Shown: positions 23,501 to 36,160 of the stretch, piece after piece | How positions within the stretch are numbered: the stretch's first letter is position 1 | Layout of the letters: each line of letters begins with the position of its first letter | Source: Thalia democratica | Taxonomy: Eukaryota | Assembly: GCA_965202585.1 (NCBI GenBank) | Contig: OZ241833.1 | Location: 42,408,001-42,472,000 of the forward strand | Direction: 5' to 3' | DNA: 64,000 nucleotides | Program-made: the position numbers and the translations under genes | Notes under the pieces: model-generated | Seen by the model: only the letters and a program-made list of their open reading frames with translations | Databases searched by the model: none | What the model was told of the DNA's origin: nothing

Positions 23501-26500
23501 CTAAGTAATAATTCTTTGGTAAACAAATTTGTGTGATCTAAATTTTTCGCAATTTATTAGACGCCAAGGAAAGTTTAAAGCTGTTGTTTTCAATCAACTA
23601 TTGACAAAAAAATTGTGTTTGAACTTTTCAGTGTTTGTTGTTTTTGATCAGTAAGTCTGTCAAATTAACTCAAGCTATTTGTAGTTTTTAGTTGTTTTAA
23701 ATTTAAGAAATTTTGAAACGCTAAAAGTTGTTATTTGTAAAAATTATGTTTATAAACAAAAAAATTGTTAGTCTTTTTAATTACAAGTTTTATTGTTTAT
23801 AAAGTTAGTTGAGTTTGTGTTTCTTGACTTTCAATTTAATTAAACAAATTACATAAACCGCAAGGCAATTTTCTCAAAAAAAATCTTTCACAGTAACACA
23901 AAAAGGCTTATTCAAACTTTTTTTGTGTAACTGTATAATTTTTAATCATAAAAACTGTGAAACAATTCATGTCAGTTACTTTAAAGTTTATTAACGCTTA
24001 TAATAAACAAAGTTGTTCACTGTATGTCATACACTGACTTTTAAACACAAAAACATTGAAAAGACGTAATTAATTTTGAGAAATGTGATACATTTTAGCC
24101 TAGGTGGGAGATAAGATGTTTTCTAATTGGAAATTTAAATACGCCAAACCTAAGTACATTTGAGTTTTTATTAATTAAATTCGAAAAATATAAACATGTT
24201 TCTTTGTCGGTTTTAGTATAAATTAAATGAAATACAGTTCATATTTTTTTGTATTAAGTTAACTGTTGTAGATAAATTTCAAAAGTGTCTTTGTATAGAT
24301 AACTGTTAAAAAGAATTTAATTAAGCTAGTAATACAAAAAAACTACAAACTTATGTTTTTTTAATAGATAAAATTTTATTTATAAGTAATTGGTTCTAAA
24401 AAAAGCATAGAATATTTTACAAAAAATAGTTTAGCTGAGCTTATAACTAAATTAGTACAAGTTTTTTCAAACTTAATTAAGAAAAAAGGTAATTTGAAGC
24501 AAGGAAAGGTTTGATTTTGTTTCTTTTTCGCTTTTTTCATAAAAACACTTTTAAATTTGTTTAATTAAACTTGAGTAAAGAAGTTTTGAAGTGTTTTTTA
24601 TGACAATTATGAGGTTAAGTCAAACTTATAGCGTCCGGGTTAGAAACGATTAGTTTAGCTTTATGTTTCTAAAACTAAAACTTCGTTACAAACAGTCTTA
24701 AATTTTACTTTAGAAAGAAATGTTTTCACAAATAGCTGAGTGTTGATTGTTAGTATAATTTTTAAATATCAAACAAGTTAAACATCATAAGTGTTTAGCT
24801 TATCTTTACAGTGATTTCATAAAAATACTAAATATATGAAAAGAGTTTCAAATTTTAAAGTGAAATGTATAACAAGGAAATAAACCATATGTTAAACTTT
24901 TCTCCTAACGTTAATGATTAAGTTTGTAAAATTTAATAAAAAATGTAATAAGAAGCTGTAAAAATTAATTAAACTACCAATTAAAACTTATATAAGCGTG
25001 GATTTTTTCTGTGTATTGATTTAAGTTACATATTAACCAAAAATTGAAAGTAAACAGTTAAAGTAATAAAAACAAAACAGAGCAAACATCAATTAATTGC
25101 TAGTTTTCAAACAATAAAACGTTTTGTTTTACTTTGAAGTAGATAAAGTTTTTAGAAGTAAAAGACTTTTATTTTTCTGTGTAATAAGTTTGTTAATAAC
25201 TAAACTAATTGAATAAGTCTGTCAAAGTATTTTTTAGAAAGTTATTATTATTTTAAAATTGTTGCTAATTTACAGTTTAAGTTTAACTAAAATTTCAAAT
25301 ATTTTTTTTTGTAAAAACTCACAAATACAGATAAACTTACAAAGACACTTAAAAGATTCGTTTTAGATTTGTTTATATAACAAAGTAAAATAACCTTTGT
25401 AATGTATTTTTAATTTTCAAAAGCCACATTGTTGCTTGAAATACCTTTAAAGTTTTAAATTATTTTTTTTTTCAAGCATAACTATAGTTTAGAAATTAGA
25501 ATATATTTTAGAGCATGTGTTAGAATTTTTAGGTACAGTTGTTTATAGTATAATCAGTAATAGAGTTTTCAGTTAAGTAAAGTGCTTAATACAGCAGTGT
25601 AATAAAACTTTCAACTTTGTCAGTGTTTGATCAGTTTTCTGACGTTTATTCAACAATTAACTTGTTCTTGGCTTTAAACTTTTCGACTATCAGCCTTATG
25701 CGGTTGAGTTTATTTGGTCAATAAAAGTCTATTACCTTTTTCTGAGAATTTTTAGCTTATTTATAGTTGATTTTTTTTTAATTTCGTTAAATTCATAAAA
25801 CATAAGCTCAAGTTTGATAACTTTCTTTTAGATGGTTGCGAATGGTTTGTGAGAACAGCTGTTTTTTAAATTCAAGTTTTATTAAAACTTTACATAAATT
25901 AAGTGTTAAAATAGGTACGTTTTTATTTCGTTGCAATTTTTTTAAGGTCTAACTTTAAGTTGAGAAATTTTCGTGAACAGGCCGTTTGCCAAATTGATTT
26001 CAAGTAATAAGCTTTAAGCATATAATCAGTTTTATTTTAGAGTAATTTATTATTTCATTCGACTTAAATTATAGGTTGTATTATTTAAGTTTTATTTAGT
26101 TTCCATGTTTGCATATAAGATTATTTGTTAGTAAGTCAAAGTTATACTTATACGAAAATTAGCTGTTTATACAACAAATTGACATTATTTCATTTAATTC
26201 CTGTTTTACTTTAGACTAATTGGCTATTTCATTTAACTTAATTATTGGTTTTATTACTTAGTTTTTGTTTAGTTTTAATGTTTGCATTTAAAATCACTTG
26301 TTATTAAGTCAATGTTATTCTAATCCGAAAATTAACTGATTTTACAGTAAGTTTTCATTATGTAATGTAGTGAATACAGCCAGTTTTACTTTAGACTAAT
26401 TTGCTACTTTATTCCATTTAAATTATTGGTTGTATTATTTGATTTTTATTTATTTTCCATGTTTACTTATAAAATAATTTGTTATTATTATATAAAAAGT

Positions 26501-26996
26501 TATATCATTTTAAAAATTAGCCATTTCTTATAAAAAACAACATTATGTAATCGAGCAAGTGAAACAAATATATTTAAACAGCAGTTAAGAAAGGATTAAA
26601 AAATTAGTTTTAGTAATTATGGTGATTTGTGCTGAATAGCTCATTTAAGCTTTAAAAAGATTAACCAAGAGTTTTTGTTCACAGTTTAAAAAATAATTTT
26701 CAAAAAATTTTAGTCTAAAACTCAACTATTTTCAGCATTAATGATCAATCTGCCTTAAACAAATTGCTTCTATAAAATCATTTCTAATCATTTTTTAATA
26801 AAAATTTTCAATAGGATGTTTAAAGTCTTCATGAGATTTAATTTATTTTCCTATTCATGTTTTATTTTGTTAAGAACCAATTTTAATTTTATTTGCAGAA
26901 GTGAATTATACCAACCAAAACTCTTTGTTTTGTTTTTACTCAAACAAAAAAACTTATACTTTTTAATACAGAACATAAATACATAATATATAAACT

Positions 26997-29900
26997 ATGG
27001 ATGATATGGAAGTTAAATTCAAGATGGACTCGGACTCGGACACCGGAACGAAATCGGGTGCAGAAGTGAAGTCGGGTTTGGATTTGAAGGTGTACAAAAA
27101 AAGGTGGTGGGTTCTGTTTGGGTTGAGCCTGCTTAATTTCTGCGGGGCCTTAGTGAGTTTTGTTTGTTTCTACAAAATTTTTGTTGAGTTTAAAAAGTTG
27201 ATTAACAAGAAAGCAACGTTTAAATGTGTAATGACACTTTAAAGATTTAACTTTAAATATAAACTTTTAGATTTTAAATAAAGATTCTTAGACTTATAAA
27301 AATTAAGTTTAGTTATTTAGAATAAAAACTTAAAAATTGGCCGATTTTATACATATACATCTTTAGTAAAATAACTGCTAAAATATTTTTCAAAGTTGTT
27401 ATATGGTTCTAAAAAGTTGCTTAACTTAAATAAAGCATCTAATTGTTTGTGTGATTTATCTTGACAGCCTTTGAGAAAAAGACTCTTAACAACTGTTGGC
27501 TTTCTTAGTTTAATTTAGGATCGTATTTTCAAACTTATTCTTGATTTTTTCGTATGTTGTAACTATTCTTGTTTTATATTTAACCAATTTAAGTTTGTTT
27601 TGTAAATATAAGATAGTTATGTATAAGAAGTAAATGGTTTTATATACAAAAGATTTTTTAAATAAACTTAAGTTGACTATTTTTGTCAATGAAAGTTTCA
27701 AACTGTTTAAAAGACATCTCAAAACTTTACCTTTGATTATACATTACATTAGGTTATTATTTTTTGTGTCAGTAAGATTTTCGAATTAAACGTAGATATT
27801 TGTTTTAAACGCCTAAACTTTTTTAAAAGTTAAACAGTGTTAAAGCTTTAATAAAAGCAATGTTTTTGTATCATTTTTATATTTACACTATTAATCTTTT
27901 CATTTCAAACTAAGAATTTAAAATTTCATTAGTCGTTTAAAATCGTCAATCAGTTTGATTGGTTTTTAAGTTCAAGATTTTTTAGCAACTAAAAAATTTC
28001 AATTAAAATACTTGTTTTAAGTTTTTTAGTTACTAAAAAGATTTATTAAAAACAAATATTTGCCAATGTAACTAAAGTTAAACAACACTTTAGTTAAAAC
28101 TTCATTAATTTATTTTTAACACTTAGAAAAATTTTGAACACTCTGTTTTTAAATTTACATAACAAGTATAATTTCAAGTAATTGTTTTTTAGATAAAAAG
28201 ACTGCATTAATTTTTTGTTTACATAAAGTGTTCTAACAATTGTTTAAAAATAACTAGCTAATTTTATGTCCTAACTGCTTTAGAGGTCTATAATGTAAGA
28301 TCAAAACAAAATAATTTAGATTAGTCTATGTTAATCTGATTCAATTATTCAAAATTTCTATTTTTAATAGAAAAAATGGTTTTTTGAACAAAAACAACTT
28401 GAAATTTTTCAAAATATTTAGTTTGTAGTATTATGGGTTTTTTTTTTTGAAAAAACATTAACTAATAAATTAACACACTTTATTGTTTACTTTATAGCAA
28501 ATACGTTTAATTTCACATTTAAATTATTTAATTATTTTTTAAGCCAAAACATTCTCAAAAATAACAAGCAAACAAAGGTTATTTAATGCCTATTCATAAC
28601 TTTGAAATGTCACCAATGATTATGTCTATCTTAACGAAGATGTGCAATTTCTAAACAGAACTGGCTGACGTTTTCAACTGTGCCGTACAGCGCTGCCGAT
28701 TATTACGACACAGACGTCAACGCAATCAACTTGCTCTCACTGATATTCCTCTTCTCAGCTATTCCGATCGGAACTTTTGCAACTTTTCTCATTGAAAGGT
28801 TTGTTTACAACTACAACAATTTTGTAATCTTTTATAATGAAAGTTTGAGTTATTAAAAAAAAAACACAATTTGTTAGCTGTAAGTTTGCTTCATACTTTT
28901 GTTTAATCATATGTATAAGAATTTTAATATACTGTTGTTATTATATTAATTTTGTATGTTAAAAGCTAAAATTGTTCTGTAAAAGTAAACATCTTTGATT
29001 CATACAGTTTTTAAGGTTATTATTTTATTTATAAAACGAGTTAGGGTGTTTTGTAAATATTTATCCGTATAGTACTTGAAAAATGTTTTACGAAACAAAT
29101 ATTTCAATATACTAAACATACTGTAAGACGTAAAACAATTTTAAAGAAAAAGTAATAGAAGCATAAAATTATCAAAAACATTACTAGTATACAGTAATAT
29201 TCAGTATGTGCTATTTCTAAAAATATCTTTTAAACAAAATTGGAGCTTATACAAGTCTGTTCATAAGTTGCATAGCAATGACTAGTCTTTTTATAGTTGA
29301 ACATTATCACACAAAATTTAGCTTAAAACAAATGTTGTCCCTCTGTATAACTTACCTAACGTTAAAATATATCTCTTTATAGGTTTGGTTTAAGACCATC
29401 ATATTATTTCTGCGGATGGACATGTTGTGTTGGAAGTCTACTCAGAATTGTTAGGTTCGATATGTTTTATAAATATTAAACAAAGATTGAAAAAATTATT
29501 TGCAAAAAACTGAAAAACTTAACCGTTCTACTGTTCTACACGTTTTGTCTAAAGACGTTCACTTATTCAAATTTTTCGTTTTTATATATTTTTTGATTTG
29601 TATTTAACGATGGTGTCAGGAATTTAACACTGTTTAAAATTTAGGTAAAGTCTTTAATGTTTAAGACACACGTTTATCAGGGAATATTGATGGCAGTTTT
29701 AAACTTTTTTATTAGGTGTAAAATCTATAAAAAATAAATACATTAGCAAATCTCTTAAAGTTTAATCAAAAAAAGTTAGTATGCCAAAAACGTTTCTTCT
29801 AATTTCAAGTGCATTAATTAAGTTTAAGTATAGATCTACATAAATCTTTGTAAAAAAAAATATCTGCTATCATTTCCCCCTTAAACACACTATTAAACTG

Positions 29901-32900
29901 ACCAAAGGTTTTTGTTGAAAATTTTTCATGGAAAGACTTTTTTGCATGCGAACGAATTTGCAATTGTTACGTAAACTAATTAAATTAATAAAACAAATAT
30001 TGACTAAACAAACAACTAAGAACGTTAAAAAAACCTTTAAATCGTCAATTATTTTTATTAAAAAGTGTTTTTTAAAATAAATTTTGTTATTGTTTACTAA
30101 AAGTTTTTTTTTGAAATACTTTAAACAGTTATTTTTGTTATTAATGAAACTATTATAAAACATAAACATAATTAAATAAGACATTATACGTTAACCGACA
30201 CCAGTACATAAAAGTCTTTTTAAATTTTTATTTTTAAATCGATGTGTTGGTTGATTACACAAATAATAACAAAAGTTGAAAAACATTTGTTATAAAAATG
30301 TTAATTACTAACTATTTTTTACTTTATTTTGCTTTGAAATAGCTTATTTTTAACTTAAAACAGGTTATTTCATTTATTATTGTATATTTATTTTCAATTG
30401 TTTGTTTTAGAATCAACCAATATTTATGTTGTTAGATAAGGGTTGTTTGTTATTGTGGTTTTTGGAAAAATTAAATTGCATTTTTAATAAATACCAAAGT
30501 TTGTTTGAAATTTTACTAATATTAATCGTAACTAACACTCAACTTAATATAAGTTAATAAACTTCTTATCAAAGTATTTTTTTAAAGAAAGTGATTAAGA
30601 CAACTTTAACAAACATCGACTTAGGTTTAGTACAGTACTAGCTTTATTGTTTATTAGTCATAGAATAAGCATTTTTTTATTAATAAAAACCACAAAACTG
30701 GCCTTGTATTACTTTTTCCCTCACGGTAATTCTAAACTTTAACAATACAACTGGTCCTGTTCGGCTTAAGTATGCCAGATAAAACAGAACAAAAAAAAAA
30801 AAGCATAATTAAAATTTAAACCCAAAAAATCAAACATCAAACTAATATACTTTTAGAAATAAAAGTTTACAGTGTTGTAATGCATAAATAAAAAACATGT
30901 AACAATATAATAACATAAAATATAACAATCGATAAAATTAAACTGTTATGATAATTATTATACATACATTATTCTCTAAACAGCACAGTTGACAACTTAT
31001 GGTCGGGCACACAGTTAAAATCATTAAATTTTAGAAAGCTATCATTACTAAAACTTAAGTTAAAACAAGTAGCTGTAACTATGAAAAAGTTTGTAATTAT
31101 TTAAAGTTTATATTTTTCTTCCAAAACAGCACAATCGACAGCCTTGGGTCGGGGAGACTACTAAAGTTTATAAACTAAAAAAATATTATCTTTTCTAAAA
31201 AATATCTAAAAGATAAATATAATCTTTTTATTTTTTTCAAAACCAATAGCTGTAACTATGAATAAGTTTATAATTTTTTGAAGTTTATCTTTTTCCAAAA
31301 CAGCACAATCGACAGCCTTGGGTCGGGCAGACTCGCGGTCCTGTTCGTCGGCCAGGCCATAATCGCCATCGGGCAGCCATTTTCGACGTACTGTCCCGCC
31401 AAAACCGCCGAGGCGTGGTTCCCCGAACGCGAGAGGACGGTGGCCAACCTGATCGGTACCGTGGGTCGGTTTTTGTTTTTATTATAAAATAATAATTTAA
31501 CAAGAAAATTTAATGATGATTAGTTATAACAGTTGCAAGCTTTACTAGTTTGTTCGTACTTTTATGAAAATATTTTGTTTGTTTGTGTGAATATTGAGAT
31601 TGATAGTGGTCTGTAAAAAAATTTAGAGATTTGGGTTCGTTACTATATGTATTTATTAATAAAACACTTAGGAATAAAAGCATTCAAGCAAGAAATAACT
31701 CACATTTATTTTGTATTTAAATATACTTTTTAATTAGATTTATTATAAATTTAAAAAAATATTCAACATGTTTTAGAACTTGAGCATAGACAACTTATCA
31801 CTGTTAAACTAAGTTTATAAATTTAATTAGTATTGAAGATTAAACCTGTGTTTGCAAAATAAACCGTTATTACATAACTAAAAATGTAACCTAAAGTTAT
31901 TGAATTTTTGTATCACTTTATAGAAACCAACATATTTCGATAGCAACGTAACATTTTTTTTATACAAAGATGTTTATCTACGACCAAAACTGTGGTTTTG
32001 GTAATTTTATAATTGAGATTTCGATAGCGTGAAATTAGAAACTAAATTTTTGACTTCTAATCTCATCTACGTCTGTCACTGATACTCTTATATAGGATTA
32101 AATAATTTACAGCCAAACGTAATTACATCTCTAGCATGTGATTTAAAAATATTTAATATTTATGGTTCTTTTTTAATGTTAATATATTTTGATCGCAACA
32201 CTAATCTTTCAAAATGGTAAATAAATGTTATGGTTTATACAATTTCACAGTCGAAATCTAATGTAGAAACACTACTTTCGCAACTTAATCTTATTTACAA
32301 CTTGTCTTCTATTATATTAATTTAATTTACAGCCAACCCTTTCGGAGTAGTAGTAGTCGGTCTTCTGTCTCCGTTATTCGAAACCAATGACCAGCTTGAT
32401 GCTACTAACCTGGTTTGTTTAATTGTTTTTCGGTTTTTGATTAAGTTTATTTATTTTGTGACTTGCTTTTTTTTTGTACATTGAAAGTTGTGCTAGTAGA
32501 GTTAATACCAAAATAGTCTAAACAAAAAATATCATAAAAAATTTTTAAAGAATTTTAAATTAACTTTTAATTTAGTTTAAAAAAGCAGAGCCTTTAATTT
32601 ACAAGTATTCTCTTTCAACAATTTAAAAAACTTAAGTTTCAAAAGAAATAAGGAACATTTACCAAACAAACAAAAATGATATATTTAAACTTTGTGATTA
32701 AAAAGCATTACTTCTGCATCTATTTTCTAAATTTGATAGCGTGTACATTTACATTTAAAAAATAACCTTGGGTACTCTTCGAACTCTTAAACACTTCAGT
32801 TTTCTTACAACCCTTTACCGCAAACGTTTCTTTATGTAATAAATATAATCATACCAATAATAACTTACCTTCAGCTGATAATGACGGCGGTGCCATCAAC

Positions 32901-35900
32901 AGTAACCGCCATATTCGTCACATTCATGATGACGTCATCAAACCCGCCAACACCGCCGACAGTGGCCGCTTCCAATCCCACGCTGACCGGAAAAGAGATA
33001 CTGAAGAATGTCAAAGTTAGAAATTTGTTTTAAAATAAATAATTGATGAAAACAAAGTTTTGTTAAAGTATAAACTTGTGTTAGCAACTTTGCTTTGCTT
33101 TATAAGTTTTAATGATGAGTAGTAGTTAGTTGCTTCACAAAACCAATTCATTAGCATTCGAGCCTGAAAAATATTAATCGAACATTTCGTTTTTTTTTAC
33201 ATGGCTGAGCAAAATAAAAAGCTTAACTGTCAACAGTCACGATGCGTTTTTAAAAGTTGGTTTCAATAAAAACAAAAACTTCGAACTTTTTACTTAATAA
33301 TATTTGTTACTTTTTATGTATTGTAACGAAAATTTTATTTCCCATATAGAAAGTTTTGTGCAACCCGAAATACCTCATTTTACTTTTAACCGTTGGAGGG
33401 AGCCTCGGAGTTTACTCTGCCTTTGTTACGTTGATCGCCCAAATACTGTGCCCGTACGGTTACTCATCGGTCAGTTTGATGTTAATCTTATTCATAGATA
33501 ATATGAAGGTAGCTTTTTTATTTAATTACATATATGTTGTGAAAAACTGTTAATATTTAATATTTAAGTCATGTTGTAATAAAAAAGAAAATTGTGACAA
33601 TGATCGCACAAATATTTTGCCCCTTCGGATATTCATCGGTTTTGTTGAAGTTTTTAGAATTAAAAAAACATTACTTTTTTTGTGTTTTTAGTTACCTGAT
33701 TACAGATTTCAACAATCTAAAGTCATATTTTAAGTATTTAAAATAAAATTAAAAGTTTTATTTTTGTGATGTTGATCACACAAGTATTGTGCTGTAATGA
33801 GTACTCATCAGTTTGTTTTTTGTTAAAATAAATTTTGAATATACTTATTACATAAATAAGATATAAAGCCATTCTGTAAATTAGCATTAAAAACCTTTTA
33901 CCTTACGGGTACTCATCGGTCATTTAAACGTTATGGTTTTAATGGATCAGTTTATTTTTTTAAATATTAAAAACTATATAAATAAAAAATGTAAAAAAAA
34001 TGATGATTGTCAAAACAGTTTGCCCTTATAGATATTTTTCGGTAGGTTCGATATTTACAAAACCTTTCAACTTGTTTTTTAACGCTCATAACATACTATA
34101 ACTTTAGTAATATCACGTTGAAAGAAAGTTCTTGATCGTTCAAATATTGTGCCCGTACGAATATTTATCGGCACGTTCATATATTTTTATTATATAAAAG
34201 TGGTTACTCCTCAAATAACTGATGTACTTTATCGTATATTGTATAAGCATTGGCTCGTATGAAGTTGAAAAAGTTAAATTATATATTAAATAAAATATAA
34301 TAATCTTTTTTTGCTGCTTTGACTTGACACGTTTGTTAAGTAATATAAACAAGAACTTTCATTTCTTCCTAACCGCTACAAACGTTGTGCCTGTACAAAC
34401 CATCACGGTGAGAAGTACAAACAGTAACAAAGTTATTGTAAAAACAAAGAAGTGATTCGTGCTTACTTTGTAAAGTTTTCAAAGTGATTTGCCACTTTAT
34501 GAGGTTCATATAGTTGTCGTAAGGTTTAAAAGCGGAGAAATGTCATTAAATATAGAAATGTGTTTATAAGCTAAATATAGTTGTATAAATACAAAAAAGG
34601 CGTAAAATTAAAATTTTTAAATAACTAAAAAACTTGTTTTTTTTTCGAATCAAAGTAATTAAACATAGATTAAAAGTATAAGGGACATTAAGTTTGCTGA
34701 TATAAAAAAGTTTGATTTAATAAACGCGTTAAAATCACTTTTTGATCTACCTCTACATATACAAGAAAAATTTTGAATAATAAAAAAAGTCACTTATGTT
34801 TAACTACTTTAGTAAAAACTATTTTTATTAAACTTTATAATCTATTTAGGTATACCAAACTTTTAACCGTTGTTAATTTTTCGATAATATACTGCAATCG
34901 AAGTTAGTTGAATTAAAAGACCACTTGCTTCGAAGATTATTTATATTTTTGGTATTGTTGTTTTACCTTTTTAATCAAGCTAATTTTTTAATAAAAAACT
35001 AGTTTTTTTCAGTTTAAAGCACGACAAAAAACGAATATCAACCAACATAGACAGTATAATTTTTGTTTTGTTTATCAACTAGGGTCTTTGTATGAACTCA
35101 TTTTAGACCGTCGAATATGCTTTAAAGTTTTGAATTTAAAATAATAGACGAAAATTTGTAGCTAATCGAATTTTTAACTGAGCTAATATCATTACTTTTA
35201 AAGTGAAGTCGGAAACAGAAAACTGTCAGAAGTCATTGTTAACATAACACTATTAACGTGCGAAAATGTTCACTCCAAGACAAGTATAATTTGATTTGTC
35301 CGAGTAAAATTTTGAAGGGAGATTAAATGCTACTTAGTAATTTGAAACCCGATTTTTATTTTGTTTCAGACCACCTTTAAAATTATCTATATCGCACTGG
35401 TAATATGCTGTGGTACTTCCGAAGTTTAATGAAATAACATTATGAACAATGAAACTTGTGTAACTAATATTTGTATTTTTTGATATGAAAATTAATTTGT
35501 AATTGTTTTAGTCGAGAAAACTCATTATGATTGCGAGTAAAAAATGTATTAAGCTAGTTGTTGAAGCTTATATGTGTGTTACTACTTTAAATTACTTAAA
35601 GTCAAATTTGAATAAATTTTTTGGCTTAACTACCATTAATATAGTTGTTACTTTTGTTTTTGTTTCATTTTCATTAATTTTTTTTTTTAAAGTACTTAGT
35701 TGCTATCATTTAAAAACTTGTTCATGTATAATACTTTTAAAAGTTGTTTGTAAAGCACACTTTAATCAAACATTTTGTTATCTATAGTGTTTCCTCAATT
35801 TTTTACTTTGTTTATATTCGTTAATTATAGAGTTTAAAAGATATGTTTGTTTGCTAAAAGTGTTAGTTTTACATTGAAAAATTTGTAAAATTGTTCTTTT

Positions 35901-36127
35901 TGAACAAATGGTGTTTATCTTTTTTTAAAGATAAATTAAAATACTTCAATTTTGTAATTTATCGTGAATTTGTAAATAAAAGTGTTATTATTGACATGTT
36001 AAATTTAACCACATGATACTCTATATTAAACATTAAAAAAGAACTAACTTTTATTCTAAAATAGGCATCTATCACTATTGAGGATTTATTTCAACTCATT
36101 AACTCAATAGTTTAATATATATCTATA

Positions 36128-36160
<33 letters not shown>

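Noticed and set aside
16000-26900. About 11 kb AT-rich stretch with several 60-80 aa ORFs
   Set aside because: The ORFs are compositionally K/F/N/L-biased noise. No exon or TE structure was recognised beyond small duplications; probably a 5' intron or intergenic DNA.
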